Shown piece after piece: positions 38,960 to 51,603 of a stretch of 64,000 nucleotides of DNA. Positions within the stretch are counted from its first letter, which is position 1; every line of letters begins with the position of its first letter. The position numbers and the translations under genes were made by a program. Source of the DNA: Eledone cirrhosa. Its lineage: Eukaryota. The stretch covers positions 1,488,001-1,552,000 of the forward strand of contig OZ024758.1 of the NCBI GenBank assembly GCA_964016885.1. Direction: 5' to 3'. The notes under the pieces were generated by a model. That model searched no databases. It saw nothing but the letters and a program-made list of their open reading frames with translations, and was not told the origin of the DNA.

Positions 38960-39410
38960 TTTTACGGGCAAAACCAACAGGCAGGAGACCCAGGAGTAGA
39001 CCCCGAGTAAGATATTTGGGTAAAATCCATGACCTTGGCTGGTGTCACACAAGCAGCCGAAATAGGGTGCCTCCGAAAAGTCTTTGGAGTAACGTTACTC
39101 GATAGAGTGCATAGCTGAGAGGTCAAAGAGTCATTCCAGGTAGAGCCGCTACTTCTCCGAATTGAGAGATCACAGCTCCGATACTATGGAGGACATGTCG
39201 TTAGAATGTCTCAGTAAAGAATCGCTTCACATATTTTACGAGCAAAATCAACCGACAGGAGACCCAGGGGTAGATCCCGAGTAAGATAGTTGGATAACAT
39301 CCGTGAGTTTCGCTGATGTCAGTTGGGGATCTAGCCGGATCAGTTGGAGTTGGTTGTTTCTGACAGGACCCATTGAAAGGAGTGTTTGAGGACTCAGGAC
39401 CCTCTCAGGA
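38960..39410 (+). mobile_element. RTE-clade LINE 3' end with partial duplication and (TAA)n/(GAA)n tail
   Basis: QAAEIGCLRKVFGVTLLDRVHS*EVKESFQVEPLLLRIERSQLRYYG..HVVRM..RRPRGRSRVR; 38960-39045 duplicates the RRPRGR segment. Confidence 0.85.
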
Positions 39411-39659
39411 ATAATAATAATAATAAGAAGAAGAAGAAGAAGAAGAAGAAGAAACCATTCACCAACAGATGGGGAGTACCGAAAAATCAATCGAAACGAA
39501 AGTATTCAACTGAAATGTATCATAAACCTTCAAAAGAAAATCGATATTCTGTAGAAAAGTTCGAACAAAAGGATGTTATCATTGGGTGTAAAATAAATTA
39601 TAAATTCACGAACCACCAGCTTCGATTGTATGATAGGCAATCCCAATTTTATGGAAAAT

Positions 39660-40000
39660 GCTGACGAGAGAGAATCATAAGTAAGCTAATTGTCCTCAAA
39701 CACAAACTTTGAGCGACAAGAATTTACAAGAAACTAAGGTTAACGACTATAAATTTCCACGAAATCTACAAGCCGGATGTTGCAGTATAAAAGGTCATAT
39801 CATCAAGTTTGTAATGATGACTTGGAGACATTTTGGCTGGAGGAAATCTGGAATGTAAACAAACAGCGCTAATATTATACAGAATGGTTAAACAAGATAC
39901 GGAGAGAGTTTTGTGCAAACGTTTTCTCCTAAAAATACGACAATTCCTGTGAAACTCTTCAGGCAGTTATTGCAAAACTACTGAATGAAATTTATCTGGG
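39660..40000 (+). mobile_element. Degraded RLE-LINE (R4-like) ORF fragment
   Basis: LETFW..IWNVN...EWLNKIRREFC resembles the pre-RT motif FW..IW...N..A.W. Confidence 0.35.
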
Positions 40001-40450
40001 GGGAACTTTATAATCGGTTACATTTCACAAGGTATCCTTCGTCGACATGTCGAATACAAAAGGAATTGGTGCTGAACTTGATGTACCGGACTAACAGGAA
40101 CTTTCACAAACGGCATTAGTACATGAGAACTTAAAAACACATATGACCCAAACCAACATTTAAATATTTATCACTTGTGTACTGGTTGTTTGATTAGGTT
40201 TCTTAAAGACTAAAGTCAAATAAATAATCTCATGACGAGTAACAAGTAGGCAAAAAGAAAAGACGTCTGGGGTGTGCTTGAACTGTTTGTTCTTCACCAA
40301 CATAGCTGTCATTTAAATAGAGGAGTAGCATCGCTCGAATTTATTCACTTTATGACTGGACTACAGAATACATTTGAATCTGTCCAACATGTATGGACAC
40401 TAGCCTCTACGCCATGATAAACTTCTATATGTCATTCAATCGATTAGTTA

Positions 40451-40643
40451 CAAGCCTGTCAACTCTCCCTGTCTGACGGGGAGATCTCCCACCTACTTTG
40501 GGGTGGGTGAGAGATGTCCTCTCTAGTGAAAATGGGTATAGCTTTCATTATGTAAAATCTCCCCAATTTGCCTCATTTCTCCCCGTTTTGGGGGCACTTT
40601 TTATGGAAACGTCCGTTTGTGTTTTTAGAGGTTGTCAGGTCTG
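40451..40643. mobile_element. Small TIR element (MITE)
   Basis: CAAGCCTGTCAACTCT / GAGGTTGTCAGGTCTG imperfect TIRs; AGTTACA repeated at both ends. Confidence 0.5.
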
Positions 40644-40860
40644 CAGTTACATGATCCACGTAACTCTTTCTAAATATAAAAAAAAATACTAAAATCATCT
40701 ACAGAACTGTGTTATCGACAGAAATATTCCGAGGTAGCCATGTGTCTGTTATGCTGCTCGTGTTGGTAGTGGACCTTTGTAAATCTTACAGCAGAAGAGA
40801 GGGAAATTAATATTAGTCATATTTTTTTAATCACTAACAGTTTGTTTTTTTTATATCGGT

Positions 40861-41181
40861 GACATACGGCATTTCTGGGGCACTTTAAAACCTGGTGGAG
40901 CGCATCTTCTCTCCAAGCCTGAATACAGCAGATTTCTTCCACAGAAGGATAGAGAGAGTGAGAGAATGGAAGTGAGAAACAGGTATAGAGGAAGAATCGA
41001 TCCCAGTACCAGACAATTACTTTTTTTTTATCTACCTCGAATAGATGAAAATCAAAGTTGATCTCGGCCGGATTTGAACTGAGGGAGCAGAGAGTCGGAA
41101 CGAATAAGACAAAGCATTCTATCCGACGTTCTAACAACTCTGCCAATGGATTCTATTCGACGTTCTATCCACTGCCAATTC
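40861..41181 (-). mobile_element. SINE family B with duplicated head
   Basis: Homologous to 24122-24425. Confidence 0.75.
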
Positions 41182-41378
41182 ACAGCCTTGAGTATGATTT
41201 ATACATAAACCTTTGTCAGCAACAAACTCTCGAGAAAAAAAGGGAAAGATGAGTGTAGAGGTCAGATCTGCTACAGTACATATGAAAGTCGATCAGGGTA
41301 ACCCAAGCAAACAATAAGAAATTAAGTACCAAATTTTATCTATCTATTTTGTACATTAACATGTATGATTGTACTGTG

Positions 41379-41495
<117 letters not shown>

Positions 41496-41499
41496 ATAA

Positions 41500-41597
41500 T
41501 AATTGTTTCTACACTTGGCACAAGGCCAGCAGTTACCTAGTACATTACTGGTACTTTATTTTATCGACCCCGTAAGGATGAAAGGCAAAGTTAACCT
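41500..41597 (-). mobile_element. SINE family A 3' fragment
   Basis: Family core. Confidence 0.85.
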
Positions 41598-41902
41598 TAA
41601 TAATAATAACCTGTTATTTTAATAAATAAATATATATACATATATGTATATGTATATATATATACATATACATATATATATATGTCTAACCTGATTAGTT
41701 TTTTCGTTGTTTTGGTATTGTATGGCTGGGTTTACCTGCCGCAATTTTCAATTTGTCAAGCTATCTAAAGGTATGTTATTACTCTAAGGCCTGAACTTAT
41801 TGAGTGCTTTGCTGCTCATTCCTAATTGTAGGTCGATTTTGCTTGGCCACAGTCAAAGCTTCGCTTCGATTTTACTAGGCTTCCACTTACATACATACAT
41901 AC

Positions 41903-41936
<34 letters not shown>

Positions 41937-41982
41937 AAAGAAAGTGCTGAAACGCAGTAATAAAGCCATAAAGATGGGTTAT

Positions 41983-42113
41983 AAAATAGGATTAACACCC
42001 TTAAAAGACGGGAAAAGAAGTTTCCATCAACCTGGAAGATATGGGTTCATTCCCTCATAGCAGCCGATGGCAACTTTTTTTTATCGTCTTTTAAGGGTAT
42101 CCACCCTATTTTT
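41983..42113. repeat. Imperfect ~46-bp inverted repeat
   Basis: ACCCTTAAAAGACG..AAGTTTCCATC / GATGGCAACTT..CGTCTTTTAAGGGT. Confidence 0.8.
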
Positions 42114-42926
42114 CTTTATTTTGTTTTACCATAAACGTGACAGGTGACGAGAAGAAGAATATTTTCCTTTAATACAATGGGAATAAAATACAGCGAGATT
42201 GTTAGAATGTCGAACAAAATACTTTACGGTAGTTGTTCTGGTTTTCTGCACTCGTTTCAAATCCAGCCGGAGTTAACTTTAACCTTCACCCTTTCACAAT
42301 CAATTAAAAAAAAATCCAAGTTCAATACAGAGATGGATTTTTTTTTCCACTGCATATCTTCTCTCTTTTTCTCTCTATATTTCTCTAGATTAAATTGGCT
42401 GAGTTCCGACCTGGTTTGAATACTGTAGAAGTAACTGATATATACGAGGGAGACAGAATTTATTGTTGTCTTATTAAATGTGTGTGTGCATTGATGGTAT
42501 CTCTCTCGTTCACACACTGCCCCCGTTTCTCTCGCTCTCCCCATCTCTCACTATTAAGACAAAAAGCATACACGATATCATCAGGTATTAAGTGTTCATG
42601 GCATGACAGCAAGAATTTGTGGAAATGTCACCTAAACTGGTCAGAGTATTTATATGTAATAGCATTTAGTCAGAATCACATATAATAATATATTAAAGTA
42701 TAAAGTAATGTTACCAAAGATACACAAAAATACATCAAAGCGTACATATACATAACTATGAATATTTCATAGACTTGCTTTAATATATTTATGTTTTGAT
42801 GTTTTGTCAAGCCATTCTTTCCTGCTATGTTAAGTAATTATAAAAACGCGTGCACGCACACACACGCACACGCACACACGCACACACACACACATTCATA
42901 TATATTATATATAGATAGATAGAGAT

Positions 42927-42976
<50 letters not shown>

Positions 42977-43209
42977 CTTAAAATGCAGTGGGAATACGAA
43001 GAAAGCAAGAACGGGGAGGGGGGGGGTTTCTTCATCAGTTGTCTCGGATATTTCTACTCTTTAAAGACAATATATCTACCGCCCAGAGCTTTCAATAACT
43101 CGATAAGTTATTGGGAAAACGGAAGAAAGAGGGAAGGAAAGCAAAAGGGAAGAAAAGAGAAAACAGTAAAAAAAGTGCGAAAAAAAAAAAAATATATATA
43201 TATATATGC

Positions 43210-43263
<54 letters not shown>

Positions 43264-43530
43264 GGCGGGAAGCTATTAAGCTAATTTCATATTATAACAT
43301 TCCTGAACCCTTGCTTTTCGGAATATTTCCGCCCATTATTCGGCAAACTTCAATTGAAGTAAAGTCGAGATATTAGCGATGGTTTCCCAAGATATTGTTT
43401 AGTTCACTTATTGGTGGTGTGTGGAGGTTTTTGTTGTAAGTATTAATGAAGAATGTATGTCCACTCCCATTGATCGAGTAATTTTCTAATATCTATATAA
43501 GTCTGTAATGATAGGAAAAAGGAATTAAAA

Positions 43531-43733
43531 CGTTGAAAGGTTCATAGACTGACCAACATACTCTCACGGAATGACCAAATGAGGTTTATTTATCAACATA
43601 GTCCCGGGACAGAAACAATGCCGTTATTAATAAAAAATAAAAAAAATAAGAGTGGGAATTAATACATGCAAGATTCCACAGCGCTAGCATTAATGCTTCA
43701 ACTTCAGCCTCTGAATTTTTCAACTGCCCTTCG
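43531..43733 (-). mobile_element. Mariner-type MITE
   Basis: Reverse copy of the 16482 family, ending CCCTTCG|TA. Confidence 0.7.
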
Positions 43734-44342
43734 TACGTAAATCATTTGAAATGTTTTATTACATTTATATCAGATAAAATACAAACAAATGATCAATTAA
43801 TGGTTGTTAGGAACCTTGTAGATTTATTACACAAAAATATGCAATCTAAGCGAATAAAATACGCAATATTCTGAGCTATTTCGACAGAGGTGGGATCAGT
43901 AACAAAAATACATTATTGGTTTCTGATAATTTTAGTTTATCGCAGAGTGAGGCAAAGATGGGGAGGAGGAGGAGGAGGAGGAGGAGGTATGAAGAAACAG
44001 ACAGAAAACAACCAAGAAGAAGCAAAAAGAGAAAGATTTGAAGAACGATAAAATGAATGAGCGGGTAAATGAATGAGATATTGAAAGATATCTGACATTG
44101 GGAAGTTTGAAGTGGAAAAAGAAAATAAATGAAAATATTGCATCAGTAACACGCTTGGAACACGTGTAGTACATAGTGTCAGTGTAAATAGTTAAATAGG
44201 GCGCCAAGCACGAACATGTGCCGTGTCTGTGAGTAAGTGCTGCTTGCTTTCAGATCCTTGCAGTAGATCTTGTGCATTTCTTAATGAGAATTCTGTGGCG
44301 CCAATCTATCTTTTAACCCCGCTACCTCTAACTTCCTTTTTA

Positions 44343-44651
44343 CAGTGTATTACTGGTACTTTATTTTATCGACTCCGGCGGGATAATAATTGTTTCTACT
44401 TTTGGCACAAGGCCAGCAATTATCCCAGTGTATTACTGGTACTTTATTTTATCGACCCCGGCGGGTTAATAATTGTTTCTACGTTTGGCACAAGGCCAGC
44501 AATTATTCCAGTGTATTACTGGTACTTTATTTTATCGACCCCGTTAAGATGAAAGGCAAAGTTAACCTCGGCGGGATTTGAACTCAGACCATAAAGGGCC
44601 ATAACTCTTTGCTGCAAAGCATGGCGTCCGATCCTCTACCGATTACTGCCA
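44343..44651 (-). mobile_element. SINE family A with triplicated 3' segment
   Basis: CAGTGTATTACTGGTACTTTATTTTATCGAC occurs three times at ~83-bp spacing. Confidence 0.9.
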
Positions 44652-44737
44652 AAACGAAAGCACAAACAAATTAGATGTGTATGTCAAAACCGTGTATAAT
44701 GACACAAAAATATAAAATCATGAACAAAAATGATGCA

Positions 44738-45008
44738 TTTCATCCATTCGAGGTCGATAAAAAAAATACCAGTTTGCTACTGGGATCGATTCTTCCTCTG
44801 GGGTAAGCTTTGCATTTAGTACCAGTGTACTACTGGAGCTAATTCTTCCTCTATATATCTCTTTCTCACTTTCATTCTCTGACACTTTCTATCCTTCTGC
44901 GGGTGTATTCAGACCTGGAGAGGAGTTGAGCTCCACCAGGTTGTTAAAAAGGCCCTAGAAGTACCGTATGTCAATACGGTACCCCTACCACTATCTCAGG
45001 AGTTACAG
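44738..45008 (+). mobile_element. SINE family B, partial
   Basis: ATTCAGACCTGGAGAGG..CTCCACCAGG..CCGTATGTCAATACGG. Confidence 0.7.
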
Positions 45009-45132
45009 GACAATACATGCAGAGCTAGATGTCAGCCATAGTCCTCAATTCAAATAATTATTCCGTGTGATCGAGAATAACGGTTTATTAGAATTCTGTC
45101 AAATTCCTGACTTAATATAAAGAAAATCGTTA

Positions 45133-45523
45133 TAATGTGTTTATATATATATGTGTATATGTGTTTATATGTGTGTGTATATGTGTTTATATGTGTGTAT
45201 GTGTATATGTGTTTATATATGTATGTGTGTGTATGTATATGTGTGTATATGTGTTTATATGTATGTATGTGTATATGCGTTTATATATATATATGTGTGT
45301 GCGTATGTATGTGTGTGTATATGTGTTTCTATATATATGTGTTTCTGTATATATGTGTGTGTATGTGTGTGTATATGTGTTTATATGTATGCGTGTGTAT
45401 ATGTATTTATATGTATGTGTGTGTGTATATATGTGTTTATGTATGTTAAGTGTATATGTATTTATATGTATGACTGTGTGTATATATATATATATGCTTA
45501 TATGTATGTATATATGCATTTAT
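45133..45523. repeat. Mixed (TA/TG) low-complexity tract
   Basis: Direct inspection. Confidence 0.9.
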
Positions 45524-45844
45524 ATGATGTTGACTTGTTCTTCTTTTTGGTAAATATCATATTGGTTAAGAGAGTGGGACTGGCTTTGTGCAGTGCCTTT
45601 GCTCACTATAAAAGCTTCACGGCACAGGCATTGCTTTATATCTGGAGATCTCTCTGCACTTGTCGTCACATGGTACCAAGGGCCCAGCGCAATGTGTCAA
45701 TAATTGTCACAAGTGTAGTGTTTGTACCAGAGTTTTCAAGTCGCTGGCTGGACGAAAAAGTCACACTCGTACAGCGCATCGGTAGGGGTTCTTCTACATG
45801 GATATAAAGTAGTGGCCGTACTCGAAAACGAGTTGGCAGTCACC
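45524..45844 (+). mobile_element. 5'-truncated copy of the ~608-bp RTE-derived element
   Basis: Near-identical to 50680-51000. Confidence 0.85.
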
Positions 45845-46033
45845 ATATGTGTGTATATATGCATATGTATTTATGTGTGTCTGTGTGAACACGTGCGTAT
45901 CTATATATATATATCTTTTTCACTAATATTTCTGTTCTGCTTACACGCATAGAGCTTAACTAGCTACCGTCAAATATTTGGTAGGTCAGACGTGATCATC
46001 GCGATTCACATACGACCTACCATACATCTTGCT

Positions 46034-46064
<31 letters not shown>

Positions 46065-47290
46065 ATGTGTGTGCGTGTGTGTGTACACGTGCCTATCTAT
46101 CTATCTATCTATCTATATGTATGTGTATGTGTGTGTATGTGTGTATGTATAGATGTGTGTACACGTGCATATCTTTCTATCTATATATGTATCTGTGTGT
46201 ATGTGTGTGTGTGTGTGTGTGTGAGTGTGTATATATATATAAACTGAGTCATCAAAGCATTTAATTCCATTTCCTTTACGAATGTTTACACACCTCATCG
46301 TTTCAAATCCTTTATTTATATATTTATTAAGATGACGGAAACAACAAGAGAATTGATTGGTTGAGATCTCACAGAGAAGGGTAATACGGTTTTAAGGTTG
46401 CCTGCTTGTTGCTCTATTCTTGCTTATTCCACTGTCTCTACAGCCTGCCTCTACAGCCTGTCTGAAAACAGCTCTAGCAGCAAGTATTTAAAGAATTTCA
46501 ATAGATTTCTTGTCAGTAGCAAGTACAAAGAGAAATATATATCAACAAAAGATATATTTCCATTTCTACTCTTATTCCTGGGCTTTTCTACCTACAACTA
46601 TTATATATGACACATATCTACGTATGTAAATATAATATATGTTATATATAATACATGATATATATAATGCATATTGTTATTTTCTCCTCCTTGTGTATAA
46701 ATATAAAGACTTAGTTATGTATATAAATTATATACATAACTAAGTCAGTTCTTGTATGACTGTGTATTTGTGTATGTTTGTGTACATATATATATATATG
46801 TGTGTGTGAGTGTGTGTGTATACACATTTATACATACACACACACATATATATACGTACATATATATATATATACGCACATATTTACATATTTATATATA
46901 TTTATATATATATATGTATATATGTATGTATGTATATATATATATATATGTATGTATATGTATATATATATAGAGAGAGAGAGAGAGTGAGAGAGATAAA
47001 TATATGTCTATGTGTGTGTTTATGTGCGTGTGTGCGTGTTTGTGTGAATGTATTTGTGTTCATGTGTATGTGTTTGTGTTCATGTGTATGTGTTTGTGTG
47101 CGTGTGTTTGTGTGCGAGTGTATGTAAGAGTTTGTTAATCATATATGGTATATTTTTAGATATTTCTAGTAGAGAGCTGCAACCCAACGTCGCCTGGTCC
47201 GCGACGACTTAAGTAAACTGAAAAACCGAAATCATTCTAGTCTGGTTTGCTTTCGTTTAGTACTCCTACTTCTAAATATACCCAATATAA

Positions 47291-47344
<54 letters not shown>

Positions 47345-47348
<4 letters not shown>

Positions 47349-47524
47349 ATATAGAAGAGATTCTACAGGACTAGAACTGTTTCATTCTTTAGAAATCATC
47401 AGGAATCTAAAGAATGAAACAGTTCTAGTCCTGTAGAATCTCTTCTATATTAAAACTTTTATACTCTGCAATGTATTGAGTACCTTACTTACTGTGGTTA
47501 CCTCCGATTCAACCCGGAATAACG
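47345..47524 (+). mobile_element. PLE pseudo-LTR with perfect ~49-bp inverted repeat
   Basis: Arms 47345-47393 / 47406-47454; tail homologous to 30412-30480; inserted in (TA)n. Confidence 0.75.
47358..47408 (-). ncRNA. Type I hammerhead ribozyme (canonical CUGAUGA/GAAA core, GUA site)
   Basis: Minus strand AGATTC-CTGATGA-T-TTC-TAAA-GAA-T-GAAA-CAG-TTCTAGTC-CTG-TA-GAATCT; 6-bp stem I and intact stem III. Confidence 0.72.
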
Positions 47525-47560
<36 letters not shown>

Positions 47561-47719
47561 ATATAAACATATATATATATATATGTGTGTGTGTGTATAC
47601 ATATATATAAATATATATATGTTTATATATATATATATATGTTTATATCTATATATATATGTTTATATCTATCTATATATATAGACCTATATATATATAG
47701 AGAGAGAGAGAGATAGATA

Positions 47720-47918
47720 TATTGTGGTCTTGAGCAAACCACTTTCACGTTTCTCCAGTATACACAGCTAAACATGAACACCAGTACTAGCTGGTGGTTT
47801 AATCCTGCGATGGACTAACGTCCTGTCCAGGGGGATGTCTTTTACTCTCAGTCGTTTCACGCCACGGATATCGGGATAAGCACCAGCTTGATGAGCTTCC
47901 GGGCTCGAAACAGTCTTT
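47720..47918 (+). mobile_element. Meta/V-SINE-like element, head truncated
   Basis: CCTGCGATGGACTAACGTCCTGTCCAGGGGG..GTCGTTTCACGCCACGG..GGGATAAGC. Confidence 0.6.
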
Positions 47919-49556
47919 AGTATATTATAAGAATCATGTAGGGATTATTTAATTTCATTAATGCCAGCCAGTCTTGAAGTTCTGTCTCTTGCAATGCAAT
48001 TGCTAACCAGTTTTTGCTAGTAATGTAGACATCACTTAAGAACCCTTTCATGACTTGACACCACACTTAAGCAGTGGGTTTTAGAACAGGAACTAACTTT
48101 AAGAACTGTGAAACAATTTGATTTTATTGTTTATGGTTAATATATAAAATATCAGATGACTCCAACAAAATCAAGGACTGACATTTACTTATGCCTTTAA
48201 TTTGTTCTTTCTGTGGGGATAGATTAATAAAAAAATGTTATAAGTGCCGAGTACTTGCTCTATGTGGTTTTAAACAAATTGTTATTAACCATGATTTATT
48301 TTAATAATAGGTTCTCTTCGATGAATAAAGCTACAAATACTCCTTTTACAAGCTAAAAATAACTCTAGTTCTCAATTTGTTATTTTGTTACTGGAAAAAT
48401 ATGGCTTTGACAATTTTTTATTCGAATATAAGCATATTACAGCACTATATATTTACATTTTGCTAAAGAAGTAGACTTTGTTGATTCAGTTTTGTAAGTA
48501 ATTATTTCAACATTGCAGAATTTACTTAAAGCATTGTTTCTACCACGTTTTTCTTTTCTAACTCAATTTTAAAATTGTCGATCGATTAGCCAGGATTTTA
48601 AAACTTTTTAAATCTACTTTGACTACTTGTTTATTATATTAATGGGTATAGTTTGGGAGTAATTGGGAATTATTAAAAGAAATACTTAGCTTGTTTATGT
48701 TTCAACGATCCTTCAGTACAAGATGCGAGTTTTACTTTGTCAAAGTGAAAGTTGTACCGTATACTCAAGAATCGCTAAGGCTGTCGTTACTAAACTAGTT
48801 GCTGCCAACGAGGTTTGATCCACTATATTATACCAAAGAGCCTCTGTGTGATCATTCTAAATGCAAGACATAGCAGTCAAATATCCTTCAATTTATACCG
48901 TACTGTCATAATTTATCTATATTGTTTACTAATTGACCAAAAATACAATTAAAATAAAATATCGCATTGGAGGACCCCTTTTCTCCAAAAAATATTTAAG
49001 TGGCCCCAAAAGTAGCTAAAACCCTGATTAAAAAACAACAATGTAGTACTGAATAGCTTTGTAATCTACTACTTAGAATCTAATTTGGCAACCGGTTCAC
49101 AAGCTGCAGAAAAGAAACACGTGGGTCTAAGATTTACAGTGACACTAGATATATATGGATATGAGTTGATATATTAAGTTAGTAGAAATTAGTAAAGTGT
49201 CTTGACATATTCATATAATTATTTACTTAATGCGACTTAGTGCTTCAGAAAGTAAACTTCAAGTAAAGCTACAAATCAACTCAGCTACACTTGGAATAAC
49301 GGAACAAGTCACTTGAATATGACAGCAAGCAATGGGAGAACTACAGCACTTGACATTAATTTCTTAAAGCTTAGCGAGCCTTGACCACTCAATTTAATGT
49401 CATGGATAGAGATATGGCTTAGTGATTAACAGGTTTACATATGTGTGGATTACGAGGAATATCCATGTTCAAGATTCAAAGTGATTGGTTTCAATTCCAG
49501 GCCTGCCAGCCTCTAAAAACCCAAACGAGGAGTACCATGTCTAAACTAGTAAATCC

Positions 49557-49626
<70 letters not shown>

Positions 49627-49705
49627 TATGAAATACTGCTGGCTTCACGCTCACAATAATTTCTATACTTTTATTTATATATATATATATATATATATAG
49701 TAATA

Positions 49706-49873
49706 AGGCCAGCAATTACCCAGTGCATTACTGGTACTTTATTTTATCGTCCCCGTAAGGATGAAAGGCAAAGTTAACCTCACGCGGGATTTGAACTCAG
49801 AATGGCAAGGGCCGTAACTCTATGCGACAAAGCATGGCGTCCGACCCTCTACCGATACTGCCAATTGACTGCC
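49706..49873 (-). mobile_element. SINE family A
   Basis: Core, B-box and head. Confidence 0.9.
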
Positions 49874-49969
49874 TTATATATAGTAATAATAATAAGTGTG
49901 AAGACTAAAATCCAAAGAGGGCTCGATAAAGATAAATATATATCAAATATATAAGAACTGTAGAGCAAA

Positions 49970-50091
49970 TATTTATTAAAATAACAGGTTAAAGTTTAAG
50001 CAAAGAATCGCTGCTTTCACCCTTAACGGGATCTTCTTTCAGGGTGAAAGCAGCGATTCTTTGCTTAAACTTTAATCTGTTATTTTAATAA

Positions 50092-50094
<3 letters not shown>
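49970..50094. mobile_element. PLE-type inverted terminal duplication (family of the 27276 hammerhead)
   Basis: ~54-bp arms 49970-50023 / 50041-50094 with one mismatch; the minus arm reads AGAAGA-TCCCGTTAAGGGT-GAAA-GCA..TGC-TT-AAACT. Confidence 0.75.
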
Positions 50095-50143
<49 letters not shown>

Positions 50144-50392
50144 TGTATGTGTGTGTATATTACTATATTTTGGAAAAGTGAACAAGACACCTTTTTACTT
50201 TGATGTCTCTACAGCAGTTTTCCGGATCCTCTCACAATAGTCATAATATTGCTATTGTTCAGCGAAACTGCAGTCAGGTCATTATCTAGGATTTATACTT
50301 ATCTATAAATATGGTATTGTATCCATACTCGATAACGATAACGGGACAGTCATCATGTATGTAGATATTTATATAGGTATGTATATATGTAT

Positions 50393-51000
50393 GTCAGGTC
50401 ACCAGTTGGTGCTACTGGTAACATGTATCCCAGTACAACCTGTCTCATGGTCGGGTCGTTGGCGACTAAACTGGCAACCCCACCAAGGTTTCTTGGTGAG
50501 GAGGGTGACTTTGGACATCCTGCAGGACTAAAAACAAAACCTGGCAAAGAGCAAAGGAGCTCTTAAGAGTCAATGGCCATCCAAAATCACCGGGAGAGAT
50601 GACCCCTTAGTCTTTGTCAGAGCAGAATTCTAGGAGAAGGAAAACTCTGATATAACACCTGTAACCCTGATGTTATCCAATGATTTTGATTTGTTCTTCT
50701 TTTTGGTAAATATCATCTTGGTTAAGAGAGTGGGACTGGCTTTGTGCAGTGCCTTTGCTCACTATAAAAGCTTCACGGCACAGGCATTGCTTTATATCTG
50801 GAGATCTCTCTGCACTTGTCGTCACATGGTACCATGGGCCCAGCACTGTGTGTCAATAATTGTCACAAGTGTAGTGTTTGTACCAGAGTTTTCAAGTCGC
50901 TGGCTGGACAAAAAAGTCACACTCGTTCAGCGCATCGGTAGGGGTTCTCCTACATGGATATAACGTAATGGCCGTACTCGAAAACGAGTTGGCAGCCACC
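50393..51000 (+). mobile_element. ~608-bp non-autonomous RTE-derived retroelement, full length
   Basis: RTE-like 5' UTR motif CTAGGAGAAGGAAAACTCTG; 3' stem-loop CTCGAAAACGAG plus (ATGT)n tail; the copy at 55312-55919 has the same boundaries. Confidence 0.8.
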
Positions 51001-51603
51001 ATGTATGTATGTAGATACATATATATATATATATGCATGGTATAACACCCACTCATTCCACTGCGGTATTTACAATTTAGAAGAGAGGAGAGAATATGCT
51101 GGCATATTTACGGAACCATATACGAAGTTCACTGTTAAGGAACATTGCAACATCAACACCTCCACGTATCATCATCTCGATCTTTTAAACTGTAGCTAGT
51201 TCTTTATATATATATTAATGTTAAATAAGATGTGCAAGTACATAAGATTGAAGTATCTGTTTCAAGGGATGAACATCACAACATCCCGTTCATTTCATCA
51301 TTCACTCCTTCTCTCTCTCTATGTTTAATATATTATATATGATATTTGTGTAAACCACTGTTGATGCATTGATTCTGGTCGCATAGTGAAAGCTATGTAC
51401 TGTGTATGTATACGACACATACATTAGTTAGGGTATATGTATTTATATTTGTGTATGTAAGAGAAGAAACATTAGCTGTACACATCAGATGGAGATGATA
51501 AACACATTTTCTTGGTGTGTTTTCTTGGAGTTATGAAGACAAGAAGTGCTGAATTCTAGGAACAAGATTTCGTTTCAAATTACTAAAAATAACTCGTGAC
51601 AGA

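Noticed and set aside
44140-44330. GC-richer patches with CACGTG/GTGAGT (and 31560-31700 with TGACTCA) as promoters
   Set aside because: Single short motifs are expected by chance, and no linked gene was found.
47886-47915. TTGATGAGC..GCTCGAAACAGTC as a hammerhead
   Set aside because: C3 is absent, the stem II register consumes core bases, and stems I and III are missing; it is the 3' stem-loop of a SINE.
50670-50963. 97-aa ORF recurring in several copies
   Set aside because: It recurs only because the repeat copies are young, and it is interrupted or truncated in other copies.
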